Source of the DNA: Syntrophales bacterium
GTDB lineage: Bacteria; Desulfobacterota; Syntrophia; Syntrophales; UBA2210
Direction of reading: 5' to 3'
Assembly (NCBI GenBank): GCA_963662405.2
Contig: CAXXKT010000001.1
Coordinates: 160,001 to 224,000 of the forward strand
Length of the DNA: 64,000 bases
A program made the translations under genes and the position numbers. Shown piece after piece: positions 50,095 to 60,290 of the stretch (its first letter is position 1; each line of letters opens with the position of its first letter). Under the pieces are notes generated by a model, which was not told the origin of the DNA, did no database searches, and saw only the letters and a list, made by a program, of their open reading frames with translations.

Positions 50095-50769
50095 ATGAAA
50101 AAGAGATCCATCATTATGGTCATAGTCATAGGGTTTTGTCTCATCGCTCTTCCCGGCGGGGCTACCGTCTACGTGTCCGACAAATTGGAAGTCCCTCTCC
50201 GCACCGGCCCGAGTCCGAAAGACCGCATCATCAACATGTTTCGGTCGGGACAAGAAGTGGTTGTGATGTCTGAAGAAAACGGGTGGAGCTACGTCCGTTC
50301 GATAGGAGAAAGTGACGACAAGAAAGGGTGGATCCTCAGTCGTTACCTCATGAACCGCGAACCGTGGGAAACACGCATTAAGGCCATAACAATCGAGAAC
50401 GCCAGGCTTCGCGAAACCTTATATCCCATGGAAGGAGACCTCCGTGAGTTGAAGACCCAAAATACCGATCTCACAAGGGCGCTGACAGAAAAGACGGAAG
50501 CACTCGAAGCCTTAAGGGCACAACACGAATCGCTAAGAAACGAGGCCGCGGGTTTCCTGGATTTGAAGAGAGATTACGGTAAAATCCAATCAGATCTCAC
50601 CAACAGAGAAACCAAACTTGCTGAAATCATAGAAGAGAATGGACTTTTGCGCTCGTCTCACAGAAACAGATGGTTTCTCACCGGTGCCTTGGTCCTCCTG
50701 GTGGGTCTTCTCATCGGCCTGACAATCGGAAGGCGAGAGAAGAAGCATGCATCGAAGCTTTACCTGTAA
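50095..50769 (+). CDS. TIGR04211 family SH3-domain membrane-anchored protein
   Basis: YVSD.LEVPLRTGP, GWILSRYL, coiled coil, RWFLTGA TM. Confidence 0.9.
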   Translation: MKKRSIIMVIVIGFCLIALPGGATVYVSDKLEVPLRTGPSPKDRIINMFRSGQEVVVMSEENGWSYVRSIGESDDKKGWILSRYLMNREPWETRIKAITIENARLRETLYPMEGDLRELKTQNTDLTRALTEKTEALEALRAQHESLRNEAAGFLDLKRDYGKIQSDLTNRETKLAEIIEENGLLRSSHRNRWFLTGALVLLVGLLIGLTIGRREKKHASKLYL

Positions 50770-51080
50770 ACGAACAAGAATCCCCTTCATCACACGGTTT
50801 TTCAATGAGCAGTCGCCGCAATCGCACACCAGGGAAAGGCATGATTTAAAGGAATAATCGTCAGCAGCATACCCCTTGCGATAAAACAACCAGGGTCAGG
50901 AGTCGGAACAGAAGGACGACAGAAAACCATTGCCTATAGAGGAAGGTCTGCCCCTCCGTTGCGCATGAGACCCGTTTTTTGTCAGATCATTTACCCCCAT
51001 AGGGCGTATTTTTTGGTTGACTGCGGGAGGCATTAGTAATAGATGAATTCGCGGCCACACAGAAACGCATGGGGGGGATC

Positions 51081-52493
51081 ATGGGACTGAGGAATCTCTT
51101 TTATCCTGAAAGTGTTGCAGTGCTCGGCGCGTCGCCCAATATGGGGAGCGGAAAGCTCCCCTACCTGCAGGTCATGCAGATGCGTGGCTACCAGGGGAGG
51201 CTGTATCCGGTCAATCCAAAATATCAAGAGATAGGGGGGTTGAAATCATACCCCTCCATTGACGCACTCCCGGATGGGATTGATCTCATCATTGCAGCCG
51301 TTCCTGCCGAGGAATCGCTGAGCGTTACCCGGGCGGCCGCACGTAAGAAATGCAAGTTTCTCCATTTTTTTACGTCCGGTTTCAGCGAAATGGGAAACAG
51401 CTCACTGGAAGCGGAGCTGCTCCGAGAGGCGGCCACGGGGGAAACCCGAATCGTTGGTCCCAACTGTGTCGGCATCCACTGTGCGGAGTCGGGCGTCAGT
51501 TTTACCCCCGAGATCCAGGGAGACATCCCGAAAGAGGTCGCCTTCTTCGGACAGTCGGGAGGAACGACCAGCAACTTCGTGGGCATGGCAATGGCCCGCG
51601 AAATCGGCCTGAATAAGGTCGTCTCCTACGGCAACCAGATTGACGTCGCCGTCGAAGATTACCTCGCATATTTCGCACAAGACGATAACATACGCGTAAT
51701 CGCGGGGTATGTGGAAGACATCAAGAATCCACGAAAATTCCTGGAAGTGCTGGGAGAAGCAACCCGCACAAAGCCGGTGGTCATCCTGAAGGGAGGCATG
51801 ACCGAGCAGGGAGCGCGCGCCGCCGCGAGCCACACGGGAGCACTCGCCAGTAACCACGCGATCCTGTCGTCCGCTATTCATCAGTACGGTGGCGTCCTGG
51901 TAGATACCCTTGAACAGATGATGGATTTCGTAATGATAGCAATATCAAACAGGACACCACAGGGGGCACGATATGGATTTCTCGGCGCGGGTGGAGGGGC
52001 CGGTGTAGCCTTTACCGATCTTGCCGTCCGATCCGGCTTATCGCTCCCTGAGCTAGAGCCCGCGACCCAGGAAATGATCAGCCGGAAGATCAGGGCGATC
52101 AACACCTCGACGACCAACCCCGTCGATCTCGGATTCTACGGTTTCGACTTCAACATCATGGCCCACACCATCAGGGCATTGGCACGTGACGGCAACATCG
52201 ACGTCATCGTCCCATACTTCTCTGCCGATTACATCACGGTAGCACAATTCGACAAGTTGGAAAGCGGTCCACAAACAATCATCGAAACTGCGGGAGAGAC
52301 CAAGAACCCGGTGATTCCCGTTCTATCAAAGTTTGCTGAGGCCAATCTGGACGTGGAACGGGTGAGACTCTCCATCTACTCGTCGTTCAGGCAGGCAGGG
52401 CTTCCCGTCTATACGACGATTCAGGATCTTATCTACGCGACGAAAAAATACCTGGAATGGGTCGGCAGACCATCCAGGAACGGCAACGGTTGA
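51081..52493 (+). CDS. ADP-forming acyl-CoA synthetase (CoA-binding) alpha-type subunit
   Basis: PESVAVLGAS, IVGPNCVG, QSGG, AASHTGALA, NPVD. Confidence 0.9.
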   Translation: MGLRNLFYPESVAVLGASPNMGSGKLPYLQVMQMRGYQGRLYPVNPKYQEIGGLKSYPSIDALPDGIDLIIAAVPAEESLSVTRAAARKKCKFLHFFTSGFSEMGNSSLEAELLREAATGETRIVGPNCVGIHCAESGVSFTPEIQGDIPKEVAFFGQSGGTTSNFVGMAMAREIGLNKVVSYGNQIDVAVEDYLAYFAQDDNIRVIAGYVEDIKNPRKFLEVLGEATRTKPVVILKGGMTEQGARAAASHTGALASNHAILSSAIHQYGGVLVDTLEQMMDFVMIAISNRTPQGARYGFLGAGGGAGVAFTDLAVRSGLSLPELEPATQEMISRKIRAINTSTTNPVDLGFYGFDFNIMAHTIRALARDGNIDVIVPYFSADYITVAQFDKLESGPQTIIETAGETKNPVIPVLSKFAEANLDVERVRLSIYSSFRQAGLPVYTTIQDLIYATKKYLEWVGRPSRNGNG

Positions 52494-52546
52494 TGAGGGT
52501 ATACTGAAACCGTTGTTTTCCCGGACCAAGCCAGGACCTTCCGTTC

Positions 52547-52593
52547 AAAAAAACGAGGCCTACCCGAAGGGGCAGGCCTCGCAGGTTTTTCTT
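52547..52593. terminator. Bidirectional terminator-like hairpin
   Basis: A7-CGAGGCCTACCC-GAAG-GGGCAGGCCTCG-CAGGTTTTT between convergent genes. Confidence 0.75.
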
Positions 52594-52602
52594 TGTAGTG
52601 CG

Positions 52603-54246
52603 CTATGCCGCACGTCCTGCCTTCAAACGTTCAACAAACTGCTCGGCCAGTTTGAACTTCTGGACCTTCCCGCTCGCCGTCATGGGCATCGGCACATTGA
52701 ACTCCCAGTACTTCGGCACCTTATGACGGGCGATCTTGCCGTCACAGAACGCGATCAGTTCCTCCTCCGTCGCCTCTTCACCATCTTTCAACTCGACGGC
52801 TGCGAGAATCTGCTCGCCGTATTTCTCGTCGGGGACTCCGACGACGTACACGTCTTTCACCTTGGGATTTGTGTGTAAAAACTCTTCGAGCTCACGGGGA
52901 TAGATATTTTCTCCGCCGCGGATAATCATGTCCTTTATCCTTCCGGTAATACGGAAGTACCCGTTTTCGTCCATCATCCCCAAGTCACCGGTGTGAAGCC
53001 ACCCCTCTGCGTCAATAATCTCAGTGGTCGCCTCGGGCATCTTGTAATATCCCGCCATGATACAGGGACCTCGGGAGACAATCTCCCCCTGCGTATTCGG
53101 AGGAAGAGGAGCCCCCGTCTCGGGATCGGCAATCCGGCACTCGACCCCGTCGAGGATCTTCCCGACCGTCGCCACGCGGAGATCAACCGGATCATTTCGG
53201 CGCGTCATGGTGATGACGGGAGATGTCTCGGTGGCACCGTACGCAATCGTGACCTCGGAACAGTGCATACGGGTCATAACACCCCTCATCGTCTCTTCCG
53301 GGCAGGGAGCGCCGGCCATGCTTCCGGCCTTGAGCGACGTCATGTCGTATTTCTCAAAATCGGGATGGCTCATAATGGCAATGAACATCGTGGGCACCCC
53401 GTTGATCAGTGTGCACCGCTCCTTTTCTATATATGTCAAAGCCTTCAGAGGATCGAAGCTCTCCATGGCAACCATCGTTACCCCGTGACAGACGGAGCTG
53501 AGAGAAGTCGTGACGCACCCGTAGCAGTGGAACAAGGGAACCTGGATCAGCATACGGTCACCCGCCTGCATCCCCAGCACATTTCCCGTCATGATGGCGT
53601 TGTTGATAATATTGCGATGGGTGAGCATGACCCCCTTCGGGAACCCGGTTGTACCGGAGGTATACTGCATGTTGACGACATCGTTCGTATCGAGGGACTG
53701 TTCACGGGCTTCCAGCTCACTATCCGATACCGCCTCACCCAGGCGAAGGACCTCATCGAAACTCATCGATTTCCCCGGATCCGCTCCATCACCTATGTAT
53801 ACCAAATGTTTGAGACGGGGGAGCTTGTCCGATGCTACCTTCCCGTTTTCGGCTTCCGGCACCACTTCCGCCGCGATCTGGGAAAAGCTCGTTTTACGGT
53901 ATTTCTCGACGTGGACCAGCGCCGTCGAATCGGACTGATTGAGGATATATTCCAGCTCATGTGACTTGTAATTGATATTAACCGTTACCAAAACGGCCCC
54001 TATCATTCCGAGACCGAACTGGAGGTGCACCCACTGGGGAACGTTGGTGGCCCATACGGACACCCGATCACCCTTCTCTACCCCGAGGGCCATAAAACCC
54101 TTGGCAACCTGTGTACAGGAAGCCAGAAACTCACTGTATGTTTCCCTGACATCGAATTCGGGGCATATCAGTGCTTCAACCTCAGGAAATTTCGCCTCTG
54201 CCTCTCTCAGGAGACCACCCATGGTAATGTCTTTGAAACCAGCCAT
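52603..54246 (-). CDS. AMP-forming acyl-CoA synthetase, paralog 1
   Basis: YTSGTTGFPKG, AYGATE, LHTGDLG, RIKDMIIRGGENIYP, SGKVQK. Confidence 0.95.
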   Translation of the reverse strand: MAGFKDITMGGLLREAEAKFPEVEALICPEFDVRETYSEFLASCTQVAKGFMALGVEKGDRVSVWATNVPQWVHLQFGLGMIGAVLVTVNINYKSHELEYILNQSDSTALVHVEKYRKTSFSQIAAEVVPEAENGKVASDKLPRLKHLVYIGDGADPGKSMSFDEVLRLGEAVSDSELEAREQSLDTNDVVNMQYTSGTTGFPKGVMLTHRNIINNAIMTGNVLGMQAGDRMLIQVPLFHCYGCVTTSLSSVCHGVTMVAMESFDPLKALTYIEKERCTLINGVPTMFIAIMSHPDFEKYDMTSLKAGSMAGAPCPEETMRGVMTRMHCSEVTIAYGATETSPVITMTRRNDPVDLRVATVGKILDGVECRIADPETGAPLPPNTQGEIVSRGPCIMAGYYKMPEATTEIIDAEGWLHTGDLGMMDENGYFRITGRIKDMIIRGGENIYPRELEEFLHTNPKVKDVYVVGVPDEKYGEQILAAVELKDGEEATEEELIAFCDGKIARHKVPKYWEFNVPMPMTASGKVQKFKLAEQFVERLKAGRAA

Positions 54247-54318
54247 TGTCCTCTTTCCTTCCTTAAAAATTATTCTGGTTTCCCTCCTTTTCAGGCCTCC
54301 CTCCCAAGAACCACGAGG

Positions 54319-54347
54319 CTTGTAATGGTTTCTCCTACAAGTGTCAA
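54319..54347 (-). promoter_or_regulatory. Candidate sigma70 promoter of paralog 1
   Basis: TTGACA-17-TACAAG; TTGACA-18-TACAAG with a similar upstream context precedes paralog 2 (62013-62042). Confidence 0.5.
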
Positions 54348-54688
54348 GAGAAATACGACTACGAATATCTATTATACCCCCGTGAAACGACCTATTACGT
54401 TTTGTCATCATCGCCAAGACAATCAGGAATATCTTTTATTACAAAGGCATCCATCCAGGATACCTTTTCAGGCAACGCTAAACCGGGGGAATGCGAATTT
54501 ATCCGCAGGAAGGGGAGACGCGCGGGCCCCACCGGGGTGATCACGGATGAAGGAAACACCATTCTGTCTCAGGGGAAAAGATGGGAGCGGCACACCGAGG
54601 AAAAACAGCAAGAGCTCCCGGAACTCGCCGGGATTGGAGTGACGAGACAAAACGTTTCATTGAAGAGACAACGCCTTGTGATGCCTGT

Positions 54689-55867
54689 TCAATCAATAAT
54701 TTCCATGGTTACAATCTTGTTTCTGGCATGAAGAATGGTGATCAGTTCCCGTATATAGATCATCCGCATGGGTTCACCCCGGATAATGTCGGCGACCTGA
54801 TTAGGGTTAATGGCCGTACCCACAATCAGGTGAATATCATCCGCCTCCAGCAGATAACGAGCCAGGCGGGTAGCCGCATCATTGTCCTTCGGCAGGTCAT
54901 AAATAGTCCTCGCGTTACGAATGATTTCAAGTGCCAGCCCGATCGTTAAGATCCCTTCCGTTACCAGGTCAATCCCCTTTATGATCCCCGTGGGCGGTGA
55001 ACCCTTCTTGGGGGATCTTTCACCAACACGTTTCCACGGGGGAACCCATTCGACCTCCAGCTTTTCATTGAGGAGACGAGCCACTATTTGGGCCGTACTG
55101 CCACCGCAGACGATCTTACTTCCTTCGGCAGCCATCAGGCGGGATACCGCGCATTCGTCATTCGACTTGTTGGAGGGCGGTCCGGTCAAAACACGAACGG
55201 AGATCGCCGGTCGCACCTTCATCGAGATGACCGTGGCGTCGTCGCCCGGTTTGTCATTGTAAAGTTTCATGCAGGTTTTGGAAAGCGATTCGGTCAGTTT
55301 CGCGGTATCGACACCGGTCTGTACAAAACGCTTCACGGCAACGGCCACATTGTCCCATCCCCAACCGAGTCGGTAGATCCCGTTCAACCCCGCATGCGTG
55401 TAGCCGTCGCTGATTAAAACCATATAATCGTTTTCCATCAATTCGAAATGCGCTTCCTTGATGATTCTGTCGTTAACCTGCCGCTCCCCGTGGGGTACGG
55501 CGATAATGGTGCCTTCCCGGATCAGGATCAATGGCGGGGAATCAAAAAGAACAAGATGCGCATCCCGGCCGTGATAGACGATCAAAACGGCAAAGGTTGC
55601 ATAGGCCAGTTTGCGGACAGAACATTCCGGGAGAGTTTCGATCAGCGTTTGCACAACATCGTCGACGGTCCCCCCCGCCTCAAACATCCGTGCCGCTATC
55701 TCAGCGGTGAGTGAGGACAAGATACTGGCCTTCACGCCGCTTCCCAGACCATCGGATAAAACGGCGACGAATGAATCCGATTTCGTGCGGACCATGACCG
55801 AGTCGCCGCAGAGCTCTTCGCCGTCTTTATTCAGGCTGTTCCAGCTGGATTCAACGAGCTGCCTCAC
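54689..55867 (-). CDS. SpoIIE/PP2C-type phosphatase (HfsC-like)
   Basis: GEELCGD, LSDGLGSG, ISDG, PGDDATV, VCGGSTA, LVTEGILT. Confidence 0.9.
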   Translation of the reverse strand: MRQLVESSWNSLNKDGEELCGDSVMVRTKSDSFVAVLSDGLGSGVKASILSSLTAEIAARMFEAGGTVDDVVQTLIETLPECSVRKLAYATFAVLIVYHGRDAHLVLFDSPPLILIREGTIIAVPHGERQVNDRIIKEAHFELMENDYMVLISDGYTHAGLNGIYRLGWGWDNVAVAVKRFVQTGVDTAKLTESLSKTCMKLYNDKPGDDATVISMKVRPAISVRVLTGPPSNKSNDECAVSRLMAAEGSKIVCGGSTAQIVARLLNEKLEVEWVPPWKRVGERSPKKGSPPTGIIKGIDLVTEGILTIGLALEIIRNARTIYDLPKDNDAATRLARYLLEADDIHLIVGTAINPNQVADIIRGEPMRMIYIRELITILHARNKIVTMEIID

Positions 55868-57585
55868 TTCGATTCTTCCTCTTCCAGGATTTTCGCCAGG
55901 TGTGAAATGATCACTTTACTTTCCGCGGTTGTTTCACCAAGAAGATGGGCTATTTCGTGAGCTACCCGCATTTGTTTTTGGACCACCTCCTGGGTCTGTT
56001 CGAGGGTCTGAGCCCGCAGTTTTCGAAATTTCTGTTTTTGTGCCTCATGCTCCGTGATATTGCGCATAATGGCGACAAGAAGGGGTTGCCCTTCCACACG
56101 AACGATGTTTTGCTCTACCGTCAGGTTCTCATTAAGGTGTTTGATTTGAGCGATGACGGGTGTTCCGGTTTTACATACGGAAACAAAATCTTCATAATGG
56201 GGAATCAGCCTCGAAATGTGTTTGTCCTTGACGTCAGCGAGCAGGCGGCCAAACAGTTTTTCCGCCGAGGGAGACAGATCCTGAATACCAAGGTGATCGT
56301 CCATAATGATAATAGCATTCGGGGACACATCCATAACGACTTGGCGCAGGGATTCAGATCGTTGGCGCATATAGGGAATACACATGGTGACTTCCGCCAT
56401 GCCACGCAGTGTGGCGATGGCCTTTTCCCGGCAGCTCGGATAGCCGCAGGCCCCACAGTTGAACTCGTCCTTCGGCGTGGATTTGTTGATACGTCTGAGT
56501 ACGTCACGAATCTGTTTTTCGCTGAATTCCGGAATCGGCTGCCTTTTATTGGTGTAGGTGCGGGACAGGTCCGGCCAATGTTTCCGTAAAGGAAGATCAT
56601 ATGCCGGTTGATGCCGATAATATTCGAGAATCTTCTGGCGAGATGCGTAAATACCTCCGGGCAAATCGTTCATGGCAGGACCATTGATACACCCCCCTGT
56701 ACAGGCCATCAGTTCCACGAGCGATGCGTTCAACTGACCGGCGCGGATGTCACTCAGGATATTGTTGCAGGTTTCCAGGCCGGAGGCCACGACCCTTGTG
56801 TTCTCCAGAAGGCTGGTACCGAGACCCGTCGTTCCGATCAGACTCCCCTCCAGTGGAAATGGTCGCGTATTTTTTTCATTGGACGGTTCGGGTGGACTAT
56901 CGGTTGGTTGTATGGAGATATCGGCTTCTTTAAACAGGTCGGCCAGACCGCGAAAGGTCATGGCCACCGAAACCACACCGGCCAAGGCCTCGTCCTCAAT
57001 TTCCATTTTTTCCGCGATACAGGGACCGATGAAAACGATGAAGGCGTCGGGTCCGTATTTCTGAAGCAGCCAGCGGCCATGGGCGATCATCGGCGAAACA
57101 ACCGGCGCCAGATGGGGGATCAGGTCGGGATGATATTTTTCGATCAGATTGACAATAACCGGGCACGATGACGTGATCACCGGGCACCGGTGAGGCATTT
57201 CCTCAATATACGCCTGGTGGGCACGGCTGACCATTTCCGCACCGAGAGCGGTTTCCTCCGCAGCGGAAAAACCCAATTTTCGAAGAGCCACTGCCATTTC
57301 AGAAAAGTGGCGGAAATTGAAATATGCGGGCGCCGACGACGCAACCGATGCGATAAGTTTTCGACCCTCTTTGATTGCCTGTTTGACGCTCGGTATCGCG
57401 CTGGGAATGGCCATGGCCTTTTGTGGACAGATGCTGATACAGGTCCCGCAGAGGATACACAGCTCAGGCACTACCGTGGCCTGTCCCTCCTGAACACGAA
57501 TAGCTTTGACATCGCAATGCCGCACGCACCGGTAACAATCGCGGCAGCGGGCAGGATTGGTTATGATAAACGGTTTTCCCATCAT
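55864..57585 (-). CDS. Group C sensory [FeFe]-hydrogenase-like protein with FeS and PAS domains (HfsB-like)
   Basis: 2x4Fe-4S, ITSSCP, GPCIAEKME, ELMACTGGCING, NCGACGY..C..CIPYM, PAS, QMRVAHEIA.LLGETTAE. Confidence 0.9.
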   Translation of the reverse strand: MMGKPFIITNPARCRDCYRCVRHCDVKAIRVQEGQATVVPELCILCGTCISICPQKAMAIPSAIPSVKQAIKEGRKLIASVASSAPAYFNFRHFSEMAVALRKLGFSAAEETALGAEMVSRAHQAYIEEMPHRCPVITSSCPVIVNLIEKYHPDLIPHLAPVVSPMIAHGRWLLQKYGPDAFIVFIGPCIAEKMEIEDEALAGVVSVAMTFRGLADLFKEADISIQPTDSPPEPSNEKNTRPFPLEGSLIGTTGLGTSLLENTRVVASGLETCNNILSDIRAGQLNASLVELMACTGGCINGPAMNDLPGGIYASRQKILEYYRHQPAYDLPLRKHWPDLSRTYTNKRQPIPEFSEKQIRDVLRRINKSTPKDEFNCGACGYPSCREKAIATLRGMAEVTMCIPYMRQRSESLRQVVMDVSPNAIIIMDDHLGIQDLSPSAEKLFGRLLADVKDKHISRLIPHYEDFVSVCKTGTPVIAQIKHLNENLTVEQNIVRVEGQPLLVAIMRNITEHEAQKQKFRKLRAQTLEQTQEVVQKQMRVAHEIAHLLGETTAESKVIISHLAKILEEEESK

Positions 57586-57893
57586 GATTCCTTGCCCTTT
57601 TGTATCGATGAAACGTGTTTATTTGTTTCCTTCGATAAGAGTGTGGCATCGACATTCCCCAAGATCTCTTTATAGAAAAACTCCTCGGCCTGCCGGGGAT
57701 GGATACCACTGAATGAGCGGTCGCCGACACGTACGGAGACACCGTTGGAACAACTATCCATACAGAATGCACCGACAATATCGACCAGTCCCTGGAGTTT
57801 TTCTTTTTCAATTAGACGGTATAGTGCCAAAGCCAGCTCATCGGAGCCACGCAAGCTGCATGAACTGCCGACACAAATCGTTACCACCAGCAT
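57582..57893 (-). CDS. Thioredoxin-like 2Fe-2S ferredoxin (HfsA-like)
   Basis: ICVGSSCSLRG, FCMDSC..G. Confidence 0.88.
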   Translation of the reverse strand: MLVVTICVGSSCSLRGSDELALALYRLIEKEKLQGLVDIVGAFCMDSCSNGVSVRVGDRSFSGIHPRQAEEFFYKEILGNVDATLLSKETNKHVSSIQKGKES

Positions 57894-58022
57894 CCTCTTC
57901 CCCCGCTCACACCACCGGATACATCGGCAATGGTCATTTCATCCCTGATCCATAACACCCCAAAGGTGTTGCCTTCCGCCGGGATTTCAGGGCCCCGTGT
58001 CCCTTTCAAAGAGGTCCTCATA

Positions 58023-58502
58023 TCATGCTTCATGCACAATGAGTCTGGCCCGTTTACCCCGAAAAACCTGCCGCCGCGGCAGCGTTATGGTGATATTGGT
58101 ACCTGTCGGTCCTTTATTGGAATCCGCGTTGGATTCGATGGCGATCGTACCGCGATGGGCCTTGACAGTGGCGTACGCCAAAGGGAGACCCAAACCGGTA
58201 CCGGCGCCAACCGGCTTAGTCGTAAAAAAGGGCGTAAACAGCAAAGGAATATTTTCTTCCGCTATACCTCCTCCCGTATCAATCAACGAAACGGTTATCT
58301 GCCGTTCATCTCCCGTAACCGCAATTGTCAACGTTCCGCTGCCGGGCATGGACTCTACGGCGTTTCGTTCCAGATCGATCAAGACGGAGACCATCTGATC
58401 GTGATCAATCAGGATCGTTTCATCATCCAATGAGGATGTCAATTCGACAGCAATCCGGTCGCGGCACGGCAGACTCAAGAGACTCCTCTCAATGACCTTC
58501 AT
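58023..58502 (-). CDS. Stand-alone histidine-kinase ATPase (HATPase_c) domain
   Basis: NAVESM, DTGGGI, FTPFFTTK, GTGLGL; no H-box or sensor domain. Confidence 0.8.
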   Translation of the reverse strand: MKVIERSLLSLPCRDRIAVELTSSLDDETILIDHDQMVSVLIDLERNAVESMPGSGTLTIAVTGDERQITVSLIDTGGGIAEENIPLLFTPFFTTKPVGAGTGLGLPLAYATVKAHRGTIAIESNADSNKGPTGTNITITLPRRQVFRGKRARLIVHEA

Positions 58503-58987
58503 GATATTGGCTTCTCTGAATCGCAGACCCTGCAAGTGTTTAATTCTCCCTCCGATCTTCTGCTATTATTACACAACAGAGCCCTGTTCTTCAAATAGAG
58601 ATATCCTTAGTTCTTCCATCAGCACGATCATCTTATACTGACGCTACCTCGACATCGCAGGGGTCGCGTTACCGTCTCATCGGTACGGGAGGAGAAGTTC
58701 GCCGCCCCATTCCCGGCTCGCGTATCTTGTGCCGGCCTGTTTCTCCCGGGGACCGGAGCGGGACAAGGTGCAAAACAACCTTGTCCACAGGGGGATGAAT
58801 GAGAGGATATCATGCGGTTGATCAGGAGCGGAGAGAGCGCCACTCGTTCGCAGGGCACAGGAAAGCGTCGTATCATGGAAACGAAATCGAGAAGAGATAC
58901 GGTTTTCATAACCGTTTGTATTTTTCGGCACGGGGTTCTTGGATGGGTGAAAGACTGTCCGGAAATCATGGAAGGAGAAAGATGACC

Positions 58988-60100
58988 CTATTCTCCGTTG
59001 AGATCCTTTATCATCCTGACACAATTCTTGCCGGATTTTTTCCCTTGGTATAAGGCATTGTCGGCGCGCGCGATGCATGCATCAACACCCTCATCCTCCC
59101 GACATTCATCGACCCCGAGGGTCATGGTCACGGCAAGTTCATTCTCCCCCTGCACAACGGGTGATAACGCGATGGTTTTTCTGATTCGTTCCGCAACGGC
59201 GACGGCGGTCCTCAACTCCGTGTCGGGAAGAAGCACCAGAAATTCCTCTCCCCCCCACCGGGCGACGCTGTCCTGCTCGCGCAGAACGCCCCGCATTCTT
59301 TGACTTACCAGTACGAGGGCCTGGTCCCCGGCTTCATGTCCGTATCGATCATTGACGATCTTGAAATCATCAATATCCGCAATAATGAAAGAAAGGGGCC
59401 GGTGGGAACGTCTGCGACGCGTTTTTTCGTACTCGGCTATGCCAATAATGTGGCGGCGGTTATATAATCCCGTCAGGGAGTCCGTTGCCGCCATCACCCG
59501 TAACCGCTGTTCAACCTTACCGACGGTCCGGCTGTAGAAATAGGCCAGATAGCCAAGAACCACAAAACAAACCGCAATATTCAGATATCTCAAAACCGCA
59601 AGAGCCAAAGGATCGACGACGTTCAGGGGTGGAACAAACCTCATGACCACATCCATCCCCATATAGATGAGGCCCAATAATACCGCCAGGGTTAATTTGC
59701 TGCCGGGCTTGCGGGTGGTACTGACAAAGATAAGGGGAATAAAGAGGAGCAGGTAATAGTGAAACCCACTGTCCCACCCCAACGATCCCACGGCCAGAGC
59801 GGCATGGGTGATGACCTCCGCCCATGCCAATATAAGCACCGCCCTGTTTCGTTTCTGTCGTAAAAGCCCGACGCACAGGACATAAACCGCTACGCTGCCG
59901 ACATTGACTACGGCCAGGATCCTGGCGCCAATCACGTAGAAAAGGACGATAAATATCGCGTGAGCGATCAGCGCAATCCATATCCCGCGCGTCAGAAGCA
60001 TCCAGTACCGCTTACTGGTTGCGGTATGGGATAACTGCGGTTTTAGGGATGCTTCGTTTGGCATTGATAGGTCATGATCGAACACAGACACCCTCTCCAT
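58988..60100 (-). CDS. Membrane-bound diguanylate cyclase
   Basis: About 6 TMs; TDSLTGLYNRR, DIDDFK.VND.YGH, REQD I-site, GGEEF. Confidence 0.95.
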   Translation of the reverse strand: MERVSVFDHDLSMPNEASLKPQLSHTATSKRYWMLLTRGIWIALIAHAIFIVLFYVIGARILAVVNVGSVAVYVLCVGLLRQKRNRAVLILAWAEVITHAALAVGSLGWDSGFHYYLLLFIPLIFVSTTRKPGSKLTLAVLLGLIYMGMDVVMRFVPPLNVVDPLALAVLRYLNIAVCFVVLGYLAYFYSRTVGKVEQRLRVMAATDSLTGLYNRRHIIGIAEYEKTRRRRSHRPLSFIIADIDDFKIVNDRYGHEAGDQALVLVSQRMRGVLREQDSVARWGGEEFLVLLPDTELRTAVAVAERIRKTIALSPVVQGENELAVTMTLGVDECREDEGVDACIARADNALYQGKKSGKNCVRMIKDLNGE

Positions 60101-60290
60101 GGCTCACCCCGCCCTTGTACGGTGTTTGAGGAGACACAAACATATACCTAGTGATCGGCAATTGGACGAATTTCTTGAGTCCGCACCTCAAAAGGCAGGC
60201 CTTTCTTGCATAAGTGCTCAGGCACGGGGGATCAAATCCTCTTCGATACCCCCTCCGAGGGAGCGGGGGGGGGGGGGATAAATGGTCACG

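Noticed and set aside
60249..60277. G13 run as a phase-variation tract
   Set aside because: Intergenic, downstream of a stop codon and part of a GC hairpin; may be a homopolymer sequencing artefact.
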